Shown here one piece after another: positions 26,474 through 37,574 of a DNA stretch of 64,000 nucleotides. Position numbers and translations under genes: made by a program. The first letter of the stretch is position 1. Every line of letters starts with the position of its first letter. This DNA is from Azolla caroliniana (Eukaryota; Plantae; Polypodiophyta), in NCBI GenBank assembly GCA_043228905.1, contig JBHGNT010000016.1:18476001-18540000 (forward strand), given 5' to 3'. Below the pieces are notes generated by a model. The model had not been told where the DNA came from and did not search any database. It saw nothing but the letters and a program-made list of their open reading frames with translations.

Positions 26474-28258
26474 ATGGTTGGATCTACCGATAAACTAATG
26501 GCACGATATGGAGTTCGCGATGCGACAGATCTACGAAGAGAACTTTTCCAATTGCGTATGGTTTCACCAATGTGCTACCTCGAGTATGAGAAGACGTTTT
26601 TGGATATATGGTCCACTTGGATTGGACTTGTTGGAGGCGTTGAAGATGTATACTTCAAGATGGAAAGATTCAAAGCAGGGCTAGATCCATATTTTCAATA
26701 TGAAGTGCATATGAAGTACCCAAGGTCTTTCCATGATTTGCTTCGAGTATGTCAAAGTTATGATCAACAATTGAAGAAGTTGTTATTCGGTGAAGCATAT
26801 GGAGTATCGGCGTCATATACCATAAATTCAAGCTATAATAATTATGGATCGGTCATGAGCCAACAACCAGCCTACTTGCAATGTCCGATTCAACAGGTTC
26901 CCTCATATCATTATTCTAATTTTTGGAGTTATAATGATGTCTATGAAGGTGATTCCAGAGACAATGAAGAAGAGGTGATGAATGTGGAGTCCCCCCATCT
27001 AGTTCATGAGGACAACCATGATATAAAGAATGATGATGTGAAAGACGAATCTAAGGAGATAGTTATGAGAAGCGATGTTATGGATGGTGATGCCAATGTA
27101 CATCATGTTGAGGACATTATTGATACAACAAGCGATATGGTGGTTGATGATGAATATGTGCGAGATGAAATGGAAGATATGACAAAAGAAGTTGTTGATG
27201 GTGAAGTGCCCACAACGAAGTTGCAAGATGAAGAAGGTAACCTAGAAGTGATAGCTGGAGATTGGCTTTTGGAGATCAATGCGTGTAAGGAAGCATTGGT
27301 AAGTGCCAAGATGCAGTGTATGAAGGTGTTTGTGCAAGATTTGTGTTTTGGATTTGCATTGAGTAGCAACAAAGTTATGTAGGCATCAACTCTTCAACAA
27401 CAATTTGACCAAGAGCCAAGAGATTTACTTGTAATGCATGATTGGAGTATCATTAACTTATCACCATCAAAGGATCCACCACAACTAATCAAATGTATAA
27501 AGGAGAAGGAATCATCTATCGACAATGGCAATCAAGAAGAGGAAAGCATAACAATTGATGAATCTTCGTGGGATAGGGAAAACAAATCATTCCACATGGT
27601 GTCTAAGGAGGAAGAAGAAGTCATTGAAGAGAAAAGCATTATCACCTTGGAGAAGATGATTTCAAGCTACATCCAAGGAGAAGAGCATCTAAGGTTTAGT
27701 TCTTTTCTTTTTGAGTTTCCAAAATTACTCATAAATGTCTATTCACATATAAAAGGACAAGGTTGCTTCAAAGACCTTATCAAATTGAAGGTACCAATTG
27801 CCCAAACTCTTCAAGAATCTAAGGTTGTGCAAAAGAAAGATCATAAAGCATTGTTACAAGAGAGTTTCATTTATCATATGGAGAATTTGAAGTTTGTCTC
27901 ACTTATTGTGGTTCTTCCAAAGGAGAAAGACGTCAACTTCCAACCCTTGAATGATTCAACCAAACGAGATTTATTTTTGCTTCCTTTTCGAGATGAAATT
28001 CTAGATGAAATGGTCATACATACAAAACAAGGTAATGTGGAGAATGTGGTGTGCCAAGAAGAAAGTCATGTTGATGAAGCAAAGATCGACGTAATTCAAA
28101 ATATGACAATTCTGACAAGTCTCGAAGCTTTGAAGGTATTTGTACAAAAGGTTCGCTCGCTCGAAAGATTTATTCATATGTTAACATGCTTACTTCTATC
28201 AAGAGTTATGTATCACATAGACCTACTTCTGTTTGGAAAGTTGATGAAGATATACTAA
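26474..28258 (+). pseudogene. First copy of the G ORF with one premature stop (TGG>TAG near 27380)
   Basis: Collinear with 29224-31008. Confidence 0.85.
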
Positions 28259-29223
28259 TTGTTGTAACCTCTTTCTTTGTGTTGACAAGGAGAAAGATGG
28301 TGATAGCAATTGTCAATGTGTATGTGTGTGTGTTTAGAAGTGTGAGGTTTTTCCTATCGACTAGCGGGGGTTTTACTCACATCATTTGTTTTTATTTATT
28401 TATTTATTATCTCCTTCTTTGTCTATAGCCATGAATAAGGCGAAGGAGAACCTTTAGTTTTATTAGTAGCTTAGGGTTCACCATAAATGGTTCACAAAAA
28501 AGCAAGGGGGAGGGCTAAATGTGAAAGTGTTTTTAGAATTCAAGGTATTGAAGTCTACAAGAATATAAGGTATGGTGCGTTCACATCCGGAGGGCAAGAT
28601 CACGAGCTAAGGTCTTGAGGATAAGTCAAACAAAAAGCAAGTCACGTGGAGAAAAGTAAAAGAAGAAAAAAGCGGGCACCAAAATGCAGTCTACAACGAA
28701 TGCTCATAACTCTCTCGTTTGACACCCAAATATCACGTGTAAATATGGGTTAGAAAGTTTATGACGAGAGCTATCCGTAGCTTTTTAAAACTCTAAATTT
28801 GGAGCATGGATGAGGGAGATATGACGATTAGAAGATCGTTGTGTCATAGCTAAGAATAGGAGATGGAAAAGCTCTAAAAAAAGCGTGGAAAAGAAAGCAA
28901 GCGAAACTTATCTACTAGAGGAGAACTTCATATAAAGCAAGAAGAGTGAGGTGGTGAGAAGGGGCTTTTTTCTTGTGGTGTTTTTCTTGCCTATTCATGT
29001 AGTGCGTTTTTCTAGTGATCAATTCATCCTTGTAGGCTTGAGTTTATGTATCTTCTTTCTCTTGTTTCTATGATCATCACTCCTTATTAATATATCTTTG
29101 TAGATTTGGGTTTCTATATCTTCCTTCTCTCTCTTTTCTATCATCATCTCTCTTTTCATTTTTGGCGCTCCAGGGAGGGCCGATCCTTTCTGTATAACGG
29201 GAGGAACGGTTGTCCACTAATTG

Positions 29224-31008
29224 ATGGTTGGATCTACCGATAAACTAATGGCACGATATGGAGTTCGCGATGCGACAGATCTACGAAGAGAACTTTTCCA
29301 ATTGCGTATGGTTTCACCAATGTGCTACCTCGAGTATGAGAAGACGTTTTTGGATATATGGTCCACTTGGATTGGACTTGTTGGAGGCGTTGAAGATGTA
29401 TACTTCAAGATGGAAAGATTCAAAGCAGGGCTAGATCCATATTTTCAATATGAAGTGCATATGAAGTACCCAAGGTCTTTCCATGATTTGCTTCGAGTAT
29501 GTCAAAGTTATGATCAACAATTGAAGAAGTTGTTATTCGGTGAAGCATATGGAGTATCGGCGTCATATACCATAAATCCAAGCTATAATAATTGTGGATC
29601 GGTCATGAGCCAACAACCAGCCTACTTGCAATGTCCAATTCAACAGGTTCCCTCATATCATTATTCTAATTTTTGGAGTTATAATGATGTCTATGAAGGT
29701 GATTCCAGAGACAATGAAGAAGAGGTGATGAATGTGGAGTCCCCCCATCTAGTTCATGAGGACAACCATGATATAAAGAATGATGATGTGAAAGACGAAT
29801 CTAAGGAGATAGTTATGAGAAGCGATGTTATGGATGGTGATGCCAATGTACATCATGTTGAGGACATTATTGATACAACAAGTGATATGGTGGTTGATGA
29901 TGAATATGTGCAAGATGAAATGGAAGATATGACAAAAGAAGTTGTTGATGGTGAAGTACCCACAACGAAGTTGCAAGATGAAGAAGGTAACCTAGAAGTG
30001 ATAACTGGAGATTGGCTTTTGGAGATCAATGCGTGTAAGGAAGCATTGGTAAGTGCCAAGTTGCAGTGTATGAAGGTGTTCGTGCATGATTTATGTTTTG
30101 GATTTGCATTGAGTAGCAACAAAGTTATGTGGGCATCAACTCTTCAACAACAATTTGATCAAGAGCGAAGAGAATTACTTGCAATGCATGATTGGAGTAT
30201 CATGAACTTATCACCATCAAAGGATCCACCACAACTAATCAAATGTATAAAGGAGAAGGAATCATCTATCGACAATGGCAATCAAGAAGAGGAAAGCATA
30301 ACAATTGATGAATCTTCGTGGGATAGGGAAAACAAATCATTCCACATGGTGTCTAAGGAGGAAGAAGAAGTCATTGAAGAGAAAAGCATTATCACCTTGG
30401 AGAAGATGATTTCAAGCTATATCCAAGGAGAAGAGCATCTAAGGTTTAGTTCTTTTCTTTTTGAGTTTCCAAAATTACTCATAAATGTCTATTCACATAT
30501 AAAAGGAGAAGATTGCTTCAAAGACCTTATCAAATTGAAGGTACCAATTGCCCAAACTCTTCAAGAATCTAAGGTTGTGCAAAAGATAGATCATAAAGCA
30601 TTGTTACAAGAGAGTTTCATTTATCATATGGAGAATTTGAAGTTTGTCTCACTTATTGTGGTTGTTCCAAAGGAGAAAGACGTCAACTTCCAATCCTTGA
30701 ATGATTCAACCAAACGAGATTTATTTTTGCTTCCTTTTCGAGATGAGATTCTAGATGAAATGGTCATACATAAAAAACAAGGTAATGTGGAGAATGTGGT
30801 GTGCCAAGAAGAAAGTCATGTTGATGAAGCAAAGATCGACATAATTCAAAATATGACAATTCTGACAAGTCTCGAAGCTTTGAAGGTATTTGTACAAAAG
30901 GTTCGCTCGCTCGAAAGATTTATTCATATGTTAACATGCTTACTTCTATCAAGAGTTATGTATCACATAGACCTACTTCTGTTTGGAAAGTTGATGAAGA
31001 TATACTAA
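29224..31008 (+). CDS. Intact ORF of about 594 aa in element G: gag-capsid-like N-terminus, acidic middle region, unknown C-terminus
   Basis: Uninterrupted ORF between PBS and PPT. The segment LFQLRM..YEKTF..KMERFKAGLDPYFQYEV..PRSFHDLL resembles retrotransposon gag. No protease, RT or integrase motifs seen. Confidence 0.7.
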   Translation: MVGSTDKLMARYGVRDATDLRRELFQLRMVSPMCYLEYEKTFLDIWSTWIGLVGGVEDVYFKMERFKAGLDPYFQYEVHMKYPRSFHDLLRVCQSYDQQLKKLLFGEAYGVSASYTINPSYNNCGSVMSQQPAYLQCPIQQVPSYHYSNFWSYNDVYEGDSRDNEEEVMNVESPHLVHEDNHDIKNDDVKDESKEIVMRSDVMDGDANVHHVEDIIDTTSDMVVDDEYVQDEMEDMTKEVVDGEVPTTKLQDEEGNLEVITGDWLLEINACKEALVSAKLQCMKVFVHDLCFGFALSSNKVMWASTLQQQFDQERRELLAMHDWSIMNLSPSKDPPQLIKCIKEKESSIDNGNQEEESITIDESSWDRENKSFHMVSKEEEEVIEEKSIITLEKMISSYIQGEEHLRFSSFLFEFPKLLINVYSHIKGEDCFKDLIKLKVPIAQTLQESKVVQKIDHKALLQESFIYHMENLKFVSLIVVVPKEKDVNFQSLNDSTKRDLFLLPFRDEILDEMVIHKKQGNVENVVCQEESHVDEAKIDIIQNMTILTSLEALKVFVQKVRSLERFIHMLTCLLLSRVMYHIDLLLFGKLMKIY

Positions 31009-32829
31009 TTGTTGTAACCTCTTTCTTTGTGTTGACAAGGAGAAAGATGGTGATGGCAATTGTCAATGTGTATGTGTGTGTGTTTAGAAGTGTGAGGTTT
31101 TTCCTATCGACTAGCGGGGGTTTTACTCACATAGTTTGTTTCTTTTCTATTTATTTTCTCCTTCTTTGTCTATAGCCATGAATAAGGCGAAGGAGAACCT
31201 TTAGTTTTATTAGTAGCTTAGGGTTCACCATAAATGGTTCACCAAAAAGCAAGGGGGAGGGCTAAATGTGAAAGTGTTTTTAGAATTCAAGGTATTGAAG
31301 TCTACAAAAATATAAGGTATGGAGCATTCACACCCGAAGGTCAAGAACACGAATCAAGGTTTCAAGTATAAGTCAAACTAAAAGCAAGAAAGATGGAGAA
31401 AAGTAAAAGAAGGAAAAAGCAGTCAGAAACCAACGCTCATAACTCTCTCGTTTGATACCCAAATATCACGTGTAAATATGGGTTAGAAAGTTTATGACGA
31501 GAGCTATCCGTAGCTTTTTAAAACTCTAAATTTGGAGCATGGATGAGGGAGATATGACGATTAGAAGGTCGATGTGTCATAGCTAAAAATAGGGAGATAA
31601 AAAGCTTCTAAAAATAGCATGAACGTGGATAAGAAGAGGAAGGTTATAAAAGAAGAAGTGATATTAGGCTAAGAGTGAAGGCAAAAGAGTGGATGAGGAG
31701 TGTTAGGAAGAAGTGTCTTTGTGGAAGAGGAAGTGTCTTAGAAGAGGAAGGTCTTTGGTTTTAGTTCAATGTGGAGTTTGTCTCCTTTGTATTCTCTTGA
31801 TGTTGGAATATCAGAACATTCTTATTTCTTGCTCGCTTTCTCTATCTTTTTTCTTAGTTTCTTGAGTTATACTCTCTAATCATAATTACCTAGAGCTATA
31901 TAATATATTATGATTTTCAACTCCATCTAATCGGTTTGGTCAAGCCCTCATATAGTGTATAACTATCTATTATCTTATACACCCTATCACCTTCCTCTTA
32001 GCCTTCTCGGCTCGCTCGTTGTCTAGCCGTTGGCACACCCTTCCGACCTTCGACCAGTCCTCCGTAAGCCCATTCGCTCCATCATCGTCTTCGAGTTCAA
32101 TCCCGATGGCTTCCCGTTCCACTCAGTCGATCAACTTGACGAACAATAGGACCTTGTCCGTCCCCACCAAACCTTGTTCCCGCTCCGGGAGCCGAGCAAG
32201 CCATCGCTCGAACTCTCGGAACGCCTTCGTTGCACCCCGGTGGGTTTTTGCCGTTGCTACCCACTGGTCGAAATCGTGTCGTCCCCGGCTCTTTCGCCGT
32301 CCTCCGTATGCCTTCAAGAGCGCCTCTTCGAAGGCCTCCCACGAACTATGAGCCTCACGGAGCTCCTTCACTTCCGCATGCATCCGGACAGCTACGACCC
32401 GACGGAAGAACTCCAGCCTCAACGCCTCGTCTACGCCACGCTCCTCCATTTCCGCGTTGTAGGCTTCTAGGTAAGATGGGACTTTGTCCCCATTGAAACG
32501 GCCGACTCTTTCGACCACTCGCTCAACCGCTTGTTGCGCTGCTTCTCGCCTCATCACCACTCGTGCCGACTCCAACACCACTTCGGCCACCATCTCCGCA
32601 AGGTCGTCGTCTTCCGACTCCATCCTCCCTTGCCGCCTTTCACGTCGGGTTCACCAAATATGTCGCGTTGTTACGCGTGTGCGTGGAGAAAGGCGGGACC
32701 ACGGGGGTCTTGGACGAGAGAGTGATGGAGCATAGGGAGTCGTGCTTCACTGTTTCTGGGGCATCCCAGAAACACACCGGAAGAAACCGAAGGGAGAGAG
32801 AGAGAGAGAGAGAGTGCTCAACACTGACT

Positions 32830-32860
<31 letters not shown>

Positions 32861-35800
32861 GCAGCTCAACCCGACTCACGCCTTATGTACAGAAAACGCA
32901 AGAGAGGGTAAGCACCCGACGCCAACAACGACGTGAATATACACAGACAAACATAAACGTATATGTATGTATATATATATGAAGAATACATTTCCGGCTT
33001 CGAGCCGGGCTGAGGTAGGTTACAGTAGTTGTCTGCTGCCAAGCAGCCGTCGGGGAGCTCTCAGCTCGTCGCGTCGAGCGGGGTCTTGCACAAGAGGCCT
33101 AACCAAAGCAACCCCTAAGCAAACACGAAGGAGAGAGAAGAAGAACCTAACTCTAAACCTAACGGTATACCCTCTAATGCAAAATGGGCAACCCTTTCAC
33201 AAAGGGCGTTCCCTTCCTTTTATAGAACAAGGAAAGGGATGTGTTACAATGTGGGACAAATCCCGCCTTCCATGGGATCGTCTGCCCGACTTGACTACTC
33301 TTCGGCGCCATAAAGACGCCCTCGATATTCACACTAAATGTACATGGGTGCGTACACACGCTGCACCCTGCCGATGTAGCCCATGTTTCCCGGTTTCCGC
33401 CTCTGGCCGAAATTCTTCACGACAGCGCGTTTTTATGCCGACCATCATAGGCAACCTCATGTATTCAACCCTGGACAGAAGGTATTTTACGTATACCTCA
33501 CAATTCTAAGACGTTGTCTATGGGTAAGTGCGCTAAGTTAGCCCCACGTTTTTATGGACCTTTTACAGTCCTCAAACGCATTGGGTCATCAGCCTATCGT
33601 CTCGCTCTTCCCGATGGTGTTGGAATTCATCCAGTCTTCCATGTGAGTCGTCTAAAAGAACTTCTAGGTTTTGGCAACAACACAGTTACAACTAAAACTC
33701 TGGTTACTTCTGAAGATTTATCTTCGAAACCACATGTACCAGAAAGAATTCTCGATGTTAAAACAAAAAAGTTAGGTACTAAAGAAATCCGAGAATTTAA
33801 AATTAAATGGATGGACAAATCTATCAAAGATGCCACATGGGAACGCGAGAATACTCTAAGAACAAACTTCCCTAACTTTCCATTGCAAGAGTGCAATGTT
33901 TTAAAGAAGGGGAGTATGTTACGGGCATGACCATTTAATATCCCGTGGTGAGAATTTACCATAGTATTCTATACACGTGGATAAGTGTGAGAGTTAAACG
34001 AGAATGTAAAGAAGGGGAGGATTACTTTTAATCCTCGGGATTGAGACAACCCATTAGGTCCAGTGTGAACTTGCCTGGGGGCCTTGGGTATCGCTATAAA
34101 TAAGAGGCCTAGCTACCCTCATTTGATCATCTTTTCACTACATCGAGACTCTGCTCTTGTGGTGGGTCAACTCTTGTAGCGAGCGCGCCAGCACCAGGTA
34201 CGACTCGACGCCACGGCGGTGGAATGGGACGCCGATCGAGGCTCGAGTCCATCTCGATCTCTTCGCTCAGGGGTGGTCGGGTGGATCGGCACCCTTCTTT
34301 CTCTTTCTCCTTTCTATCTATCATTAGTTTATACTTATGTTAAGCTTACTTTAGTACCTAGATCTCTAATAGCGTACATTAGGTAGGATTAGGCATAGTT
34401 TTAGCAATTAGTTATTTACACCTAAAACACCTACCACATCACCCAAATCACGTCATGTTTAGAGGCACACACTCGTCACTTTCACATTCACTTAAGTATT
34501 TAAGGCACATGCACAGCACCCAAGGCACAACACTAACTCCCTAGGACACATGGCCATAATATCCTATTATGGCATCCACGACCAAGAATCTCCAGGCTCC
34601 TCTTCATGCACAAAACCCTAGGCATTCAATAAAAAACAGTTACCCCAAGCACACCCCACACACAAACGCTTTCTTGCACACCCAGCCTCCATTGCTCCCA
34701 CGCTCTCAAGCCTCCTCTTGCTCTTAGCGCTTTCATCAATCCCACCACTCTTGCTCACCGTAGCCCCTCTGCCGCACCACAACCATCTCCTTCCCTCACT
34801 CTGTCTCAACCTGGTCTCATCCTCCTTCCACAATCTTTCACACAGCAGAACCCCGAGTCCGTTATGCCACTTGCAGCTTCACAGGAAACCCGCTCCTGGC
34901 TTCAGGAACAAGGATTAGGTGGTTATTTAAAGGTGATCGATGCCCCAGCACACCCTGATGCCCAAGCGGTCACACGCCGAATCCACCCAAACATAGTCAC
35001 CAACAATATGATTCGTTTTTCCTTGGACCTGAGTGAGGAAGTGATCATGAAGTAGAGATTCCCCCTTCCACGACCCTGAAGGAATACTTTGGTGCGCATT
35101 CCATATCTGGTAAGGCCTATTGCACTTACGGTGGATCCAACAAGGCATTCGGAGAAATCGCTCGCATCCTGATGGAGTACGCGTTCATGCATACCAACCC
35201 TACAAGTATGCCACAGAACAAAGCGACGATCTGTAAAAGATTATGTGCGGAAGCAATATAGGAAACCGAACAACAGAAAATGTAGGTTAAAAAACAAGAG
35301 AAGATCAATTCAAAAAACTAACACTTTGTACATACATCGTGCTCAGTGAACACCTTTTATACAAGCCCTGACAATGGGCTGACACAAGTACTGACAGTAG
35401 TTGACTGCTCATAAATGAGCCTCGACTCTTACTCCCAAAACTATTCCTTACGAGGAATATCTTTCTAACGGCCTTTCGGTCTACGCACCGATACGGACTT
35501 CCTATGCACCGGTTTGCGTACCGGTTTACACATCCGTTTTACGTACCGGTCCGGCCTAACTAATCGGTCCCAACCGATCTGGTCCTCGGCTTCTTCAGGC
35601 GATCCGGCCAATGTTGAGTTTGTCTCTCAACACTCCCCCTCAAGCTCAACTTGAGGCTCTTCCGGATCTTCCAGATCACCGTTCTGGTTCCTCCTAGCTC
35701 CACGCCTCGCTCGCGCTCCTCGGCTTGTTCAACTCCGCGCGCTTCGACCCTTCCGGTCGGCTTGTCTGCTCCCACGGCCCTCCACAGCTTCCTTGTTGTT

Positions 35801-36224
35801 GCAGTGTTGGCGCTTCTCCTGCTGCCTTCTTTTCCGCTTGGCCCTCGGTTGATTCAATGTATCCGAATCAAACATCCGGACCGACTCGGCTACCTCCGAA
35901 CGGTTTTCGCTCTCGTCCGAGTTGGTTGTCTCCAACTCGTCTTCGGTTTTCTCGCCCTTGACGGCGTCATCTCCCCCATGCTTGGTTGGCTACGGCTCTT
36001 TCTTTCGCTTGGGTGGCTCTGTCGAATACAAATGTATAATGGAAGTATTCACACTATCCTCTTAGAGAGCCCAAGTTCGGGCTATTTCTGTAAATAACAT
36101 AAAGGGCAGTTGCCCTAAGTGAGTCACTATATCAAGTGACTTTGTAACCTTTTGTAAAGGTTGGTTGCTTGTTGTTGTAACTATTGCCCTTTTATGAATA
36201 TAGATATATGCTTTGTGTGTGTGT

Positions 36225-36284
<60 letters not shown>

Positions 36285-36776
36285 TGCTGCCGCCGTCGTC
36301 TGCAGCCGCGTCGCCTGCTGTCGCCGCCGTCTGCTGCTGCCGACGACGCCGCCTGTTGTCGCTGCTGCTGCTGACGCCGCCGTCGCCTGCTGCCGTCGTC
36401 GCCGTCGTCTACCGACTGTCGCCGCCGTCTGCTGCCGCCGTCTCCGTCGTCTGTCGACAGTCGTCGTCGTCTGCTGCCGCCGTCTGCTCTGCCGTCTGCC
36501 GACTGTCGTCGTCGCCGTCACCGTTGCCATCTTCTTTCGTCTACCGTCGTTCTTGGGCGTGTTGTTTGCCGATTGTCGCTGTCCTCGATTCTTGGCCGCT
36601 TTTATCGTGTGTAGCCGTTGCCCTTCATCGTGGTACTTCACTTACCGGACGACGTCACCGGCTGAAACAAGCATACATGTGCTTCTACACTCATATCTAG
36701 CGCGAAAGACGTCGATGCTCGGCTAAGTTTTTTCTGTCCTTTTGTCTTTTTCTTTCTTTATCTTTTGAATTACAAG

Positions 36777-37568
36777 ATGACTTCTCGACGAAACCATAAG
36801 GAAACAAACGAAGAAATTATAAGTAAGGAAGATTTTTTAGATGTCCTTAACCGGTTCGTTAAAATGGAAAAATGGGTGAAAGAAATTGAAGCTGAAAAAC
36901 AAAAAGATAAGGAAGAAAGAGAATTGCTTATTGCTGAAGTAGCGAAACTTAAGGTAGATAACGTAAACCTTCAAAAACGAATTAAGGACCTTGAAACATC
37001 TAGGGAAGATGGTGAAATATCTTCTCTAGAGGATATTAAGGACGAGATAAAAAAAGTTAAAGAAGAGGTTAAAAGTGATATGGAACTAGCAAAAACTGGG
37101 TGGGTTGATGTAGTAAAACGTAATATTATAAAAGAACTAAAGGACGAAAATATTGTAAACACTACCCTCGAGGAGGAAAAAATGTGTCAAGCTCGACGCC
37201 TAAATGTACGAGTTACTGGGCTCAAGGAAGGGGCATCTCCCGACGAAGATGCACAAACCTTGGGTAAAATGTTGGGATATGAAGCCCTACCAATCACTAA
37301 AACTTGGAGGGTAGGGCGTGACACCACTAGGAAAAGAGCTTTAGTTCTTCAATTTAAGGACTCGGAATCTAGAATCGCCTTTTTTAAAAAGAGACCAATT
37401 CTTCGAGGATTGGGCGGGGAGCCCATCTACCTCGATGAAGACTTGACCAAGATGCAAATTGAGCATCGTAAAACTTGTATGCCGCGAGTCATACAAGCTC
37501 GTAAAGAGGGGCATCGTGCCTTCTACCGAGACGGACGGGTCATAATAAATGATCGCGCTGCCAATTGA
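36777..37568 (+). CDS. LINE ORF1 (coiled coil plus L1-type RRM/CTD-like region)
   Basis: Heptad-rich N-terminal half, then RRLNVRVTGLKE...LVLQF...IYLDEDLT motifs typical of LINE ORF1 proteins. Confidence 0.85.
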   Translation: MTSRRNHKETNEEIISKEDFLDVLNRFVKMEKWVKEIEAEKQKDKEERELLIAEVAKLKVDNVNLQKRIKDLETSREDGEISSLEDIKDEIKKVKEEVKSDMELAKTGWVDVVKRNIIKELKDENIVNTTLEEEKMCQARRLNVRVTGLKEGASPDEDAQTLGKMLGYEALPITKTWRVGRDTTRKRALVLQFKDSESRIAFFKKRPILRGLGGEPIYLDEDLTKMQIEHRKTCMPRVIQARKEGHRAFYRDGRVIINDRAAN

Positions 37569-37574
37569 CGGCGT

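Larger units (their letters stand above)
25696..31989 (+). mobile_element. Element G: three-LTR tandem gag-only (TR-GAG-like) element, LTR-A/ORF/LTR-B/ORF/LTR-A
   Basis: Perfect TSD CCTTC. 723-bp LTRs at 25696-26418 and 31267-31989 are near-identical; a diverged internal LTR lies at 28520-29158. PBS-like TGGCGCTCCAGG follows LTR1 and LTR2. PPT AAAAAGCAAGGGGGAGGG precedes LTR2 and LTR3. Confidence 0.92.
22811..33424 (-). mobile_element. Element F: minus-strand relative of E; hosts G
   Basis: LTRs at 33424-32661 (5') and 23593-22811 (3'). Trp PBS complement TTCACGTCGGGTTCACCA at 32639-32656, PPT complement at 23594-23606. TSD GCGA/GCGC; removal restores D's AQDRA|RFYADHHR. Confidence 0.92.
13663..33916 (+). 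pseudogene. gag-pol of element D in three pieces (13663-15656, 20883-22810, 33429-33916)
   Basis: Gag, protease FLFDSGSSHNF, RT split at AFRT|RYGHYEF, FLDDILVYS, RNase H ETDASDYAIG, integrase HDAPSAGHPG and SDRDPK, GPF motif and chromodomain [17 protein letters not shown]. Confidence 0.92.
11625..34371 (+). mobile_element. Element D: chromovirus (Ty3/Gypsy with chromodomain); hosts E and F
   Basis: LTRs at 11625-12078 and 33917-34371, perfect TSD GCGTA, tRNA-iMet PBS TGGTATCAGAGC at 12081, PPT AAAGAAGGGGAGTA at 33903-33916. Confidence 0.95.

Noticed and set aside
36161-36726. Ala/Arg/Cys-rich ORFs of about 180 aa
   Set aside because: Translations of the (CT)n tract and the triplet-rich LINE 5' UTR.
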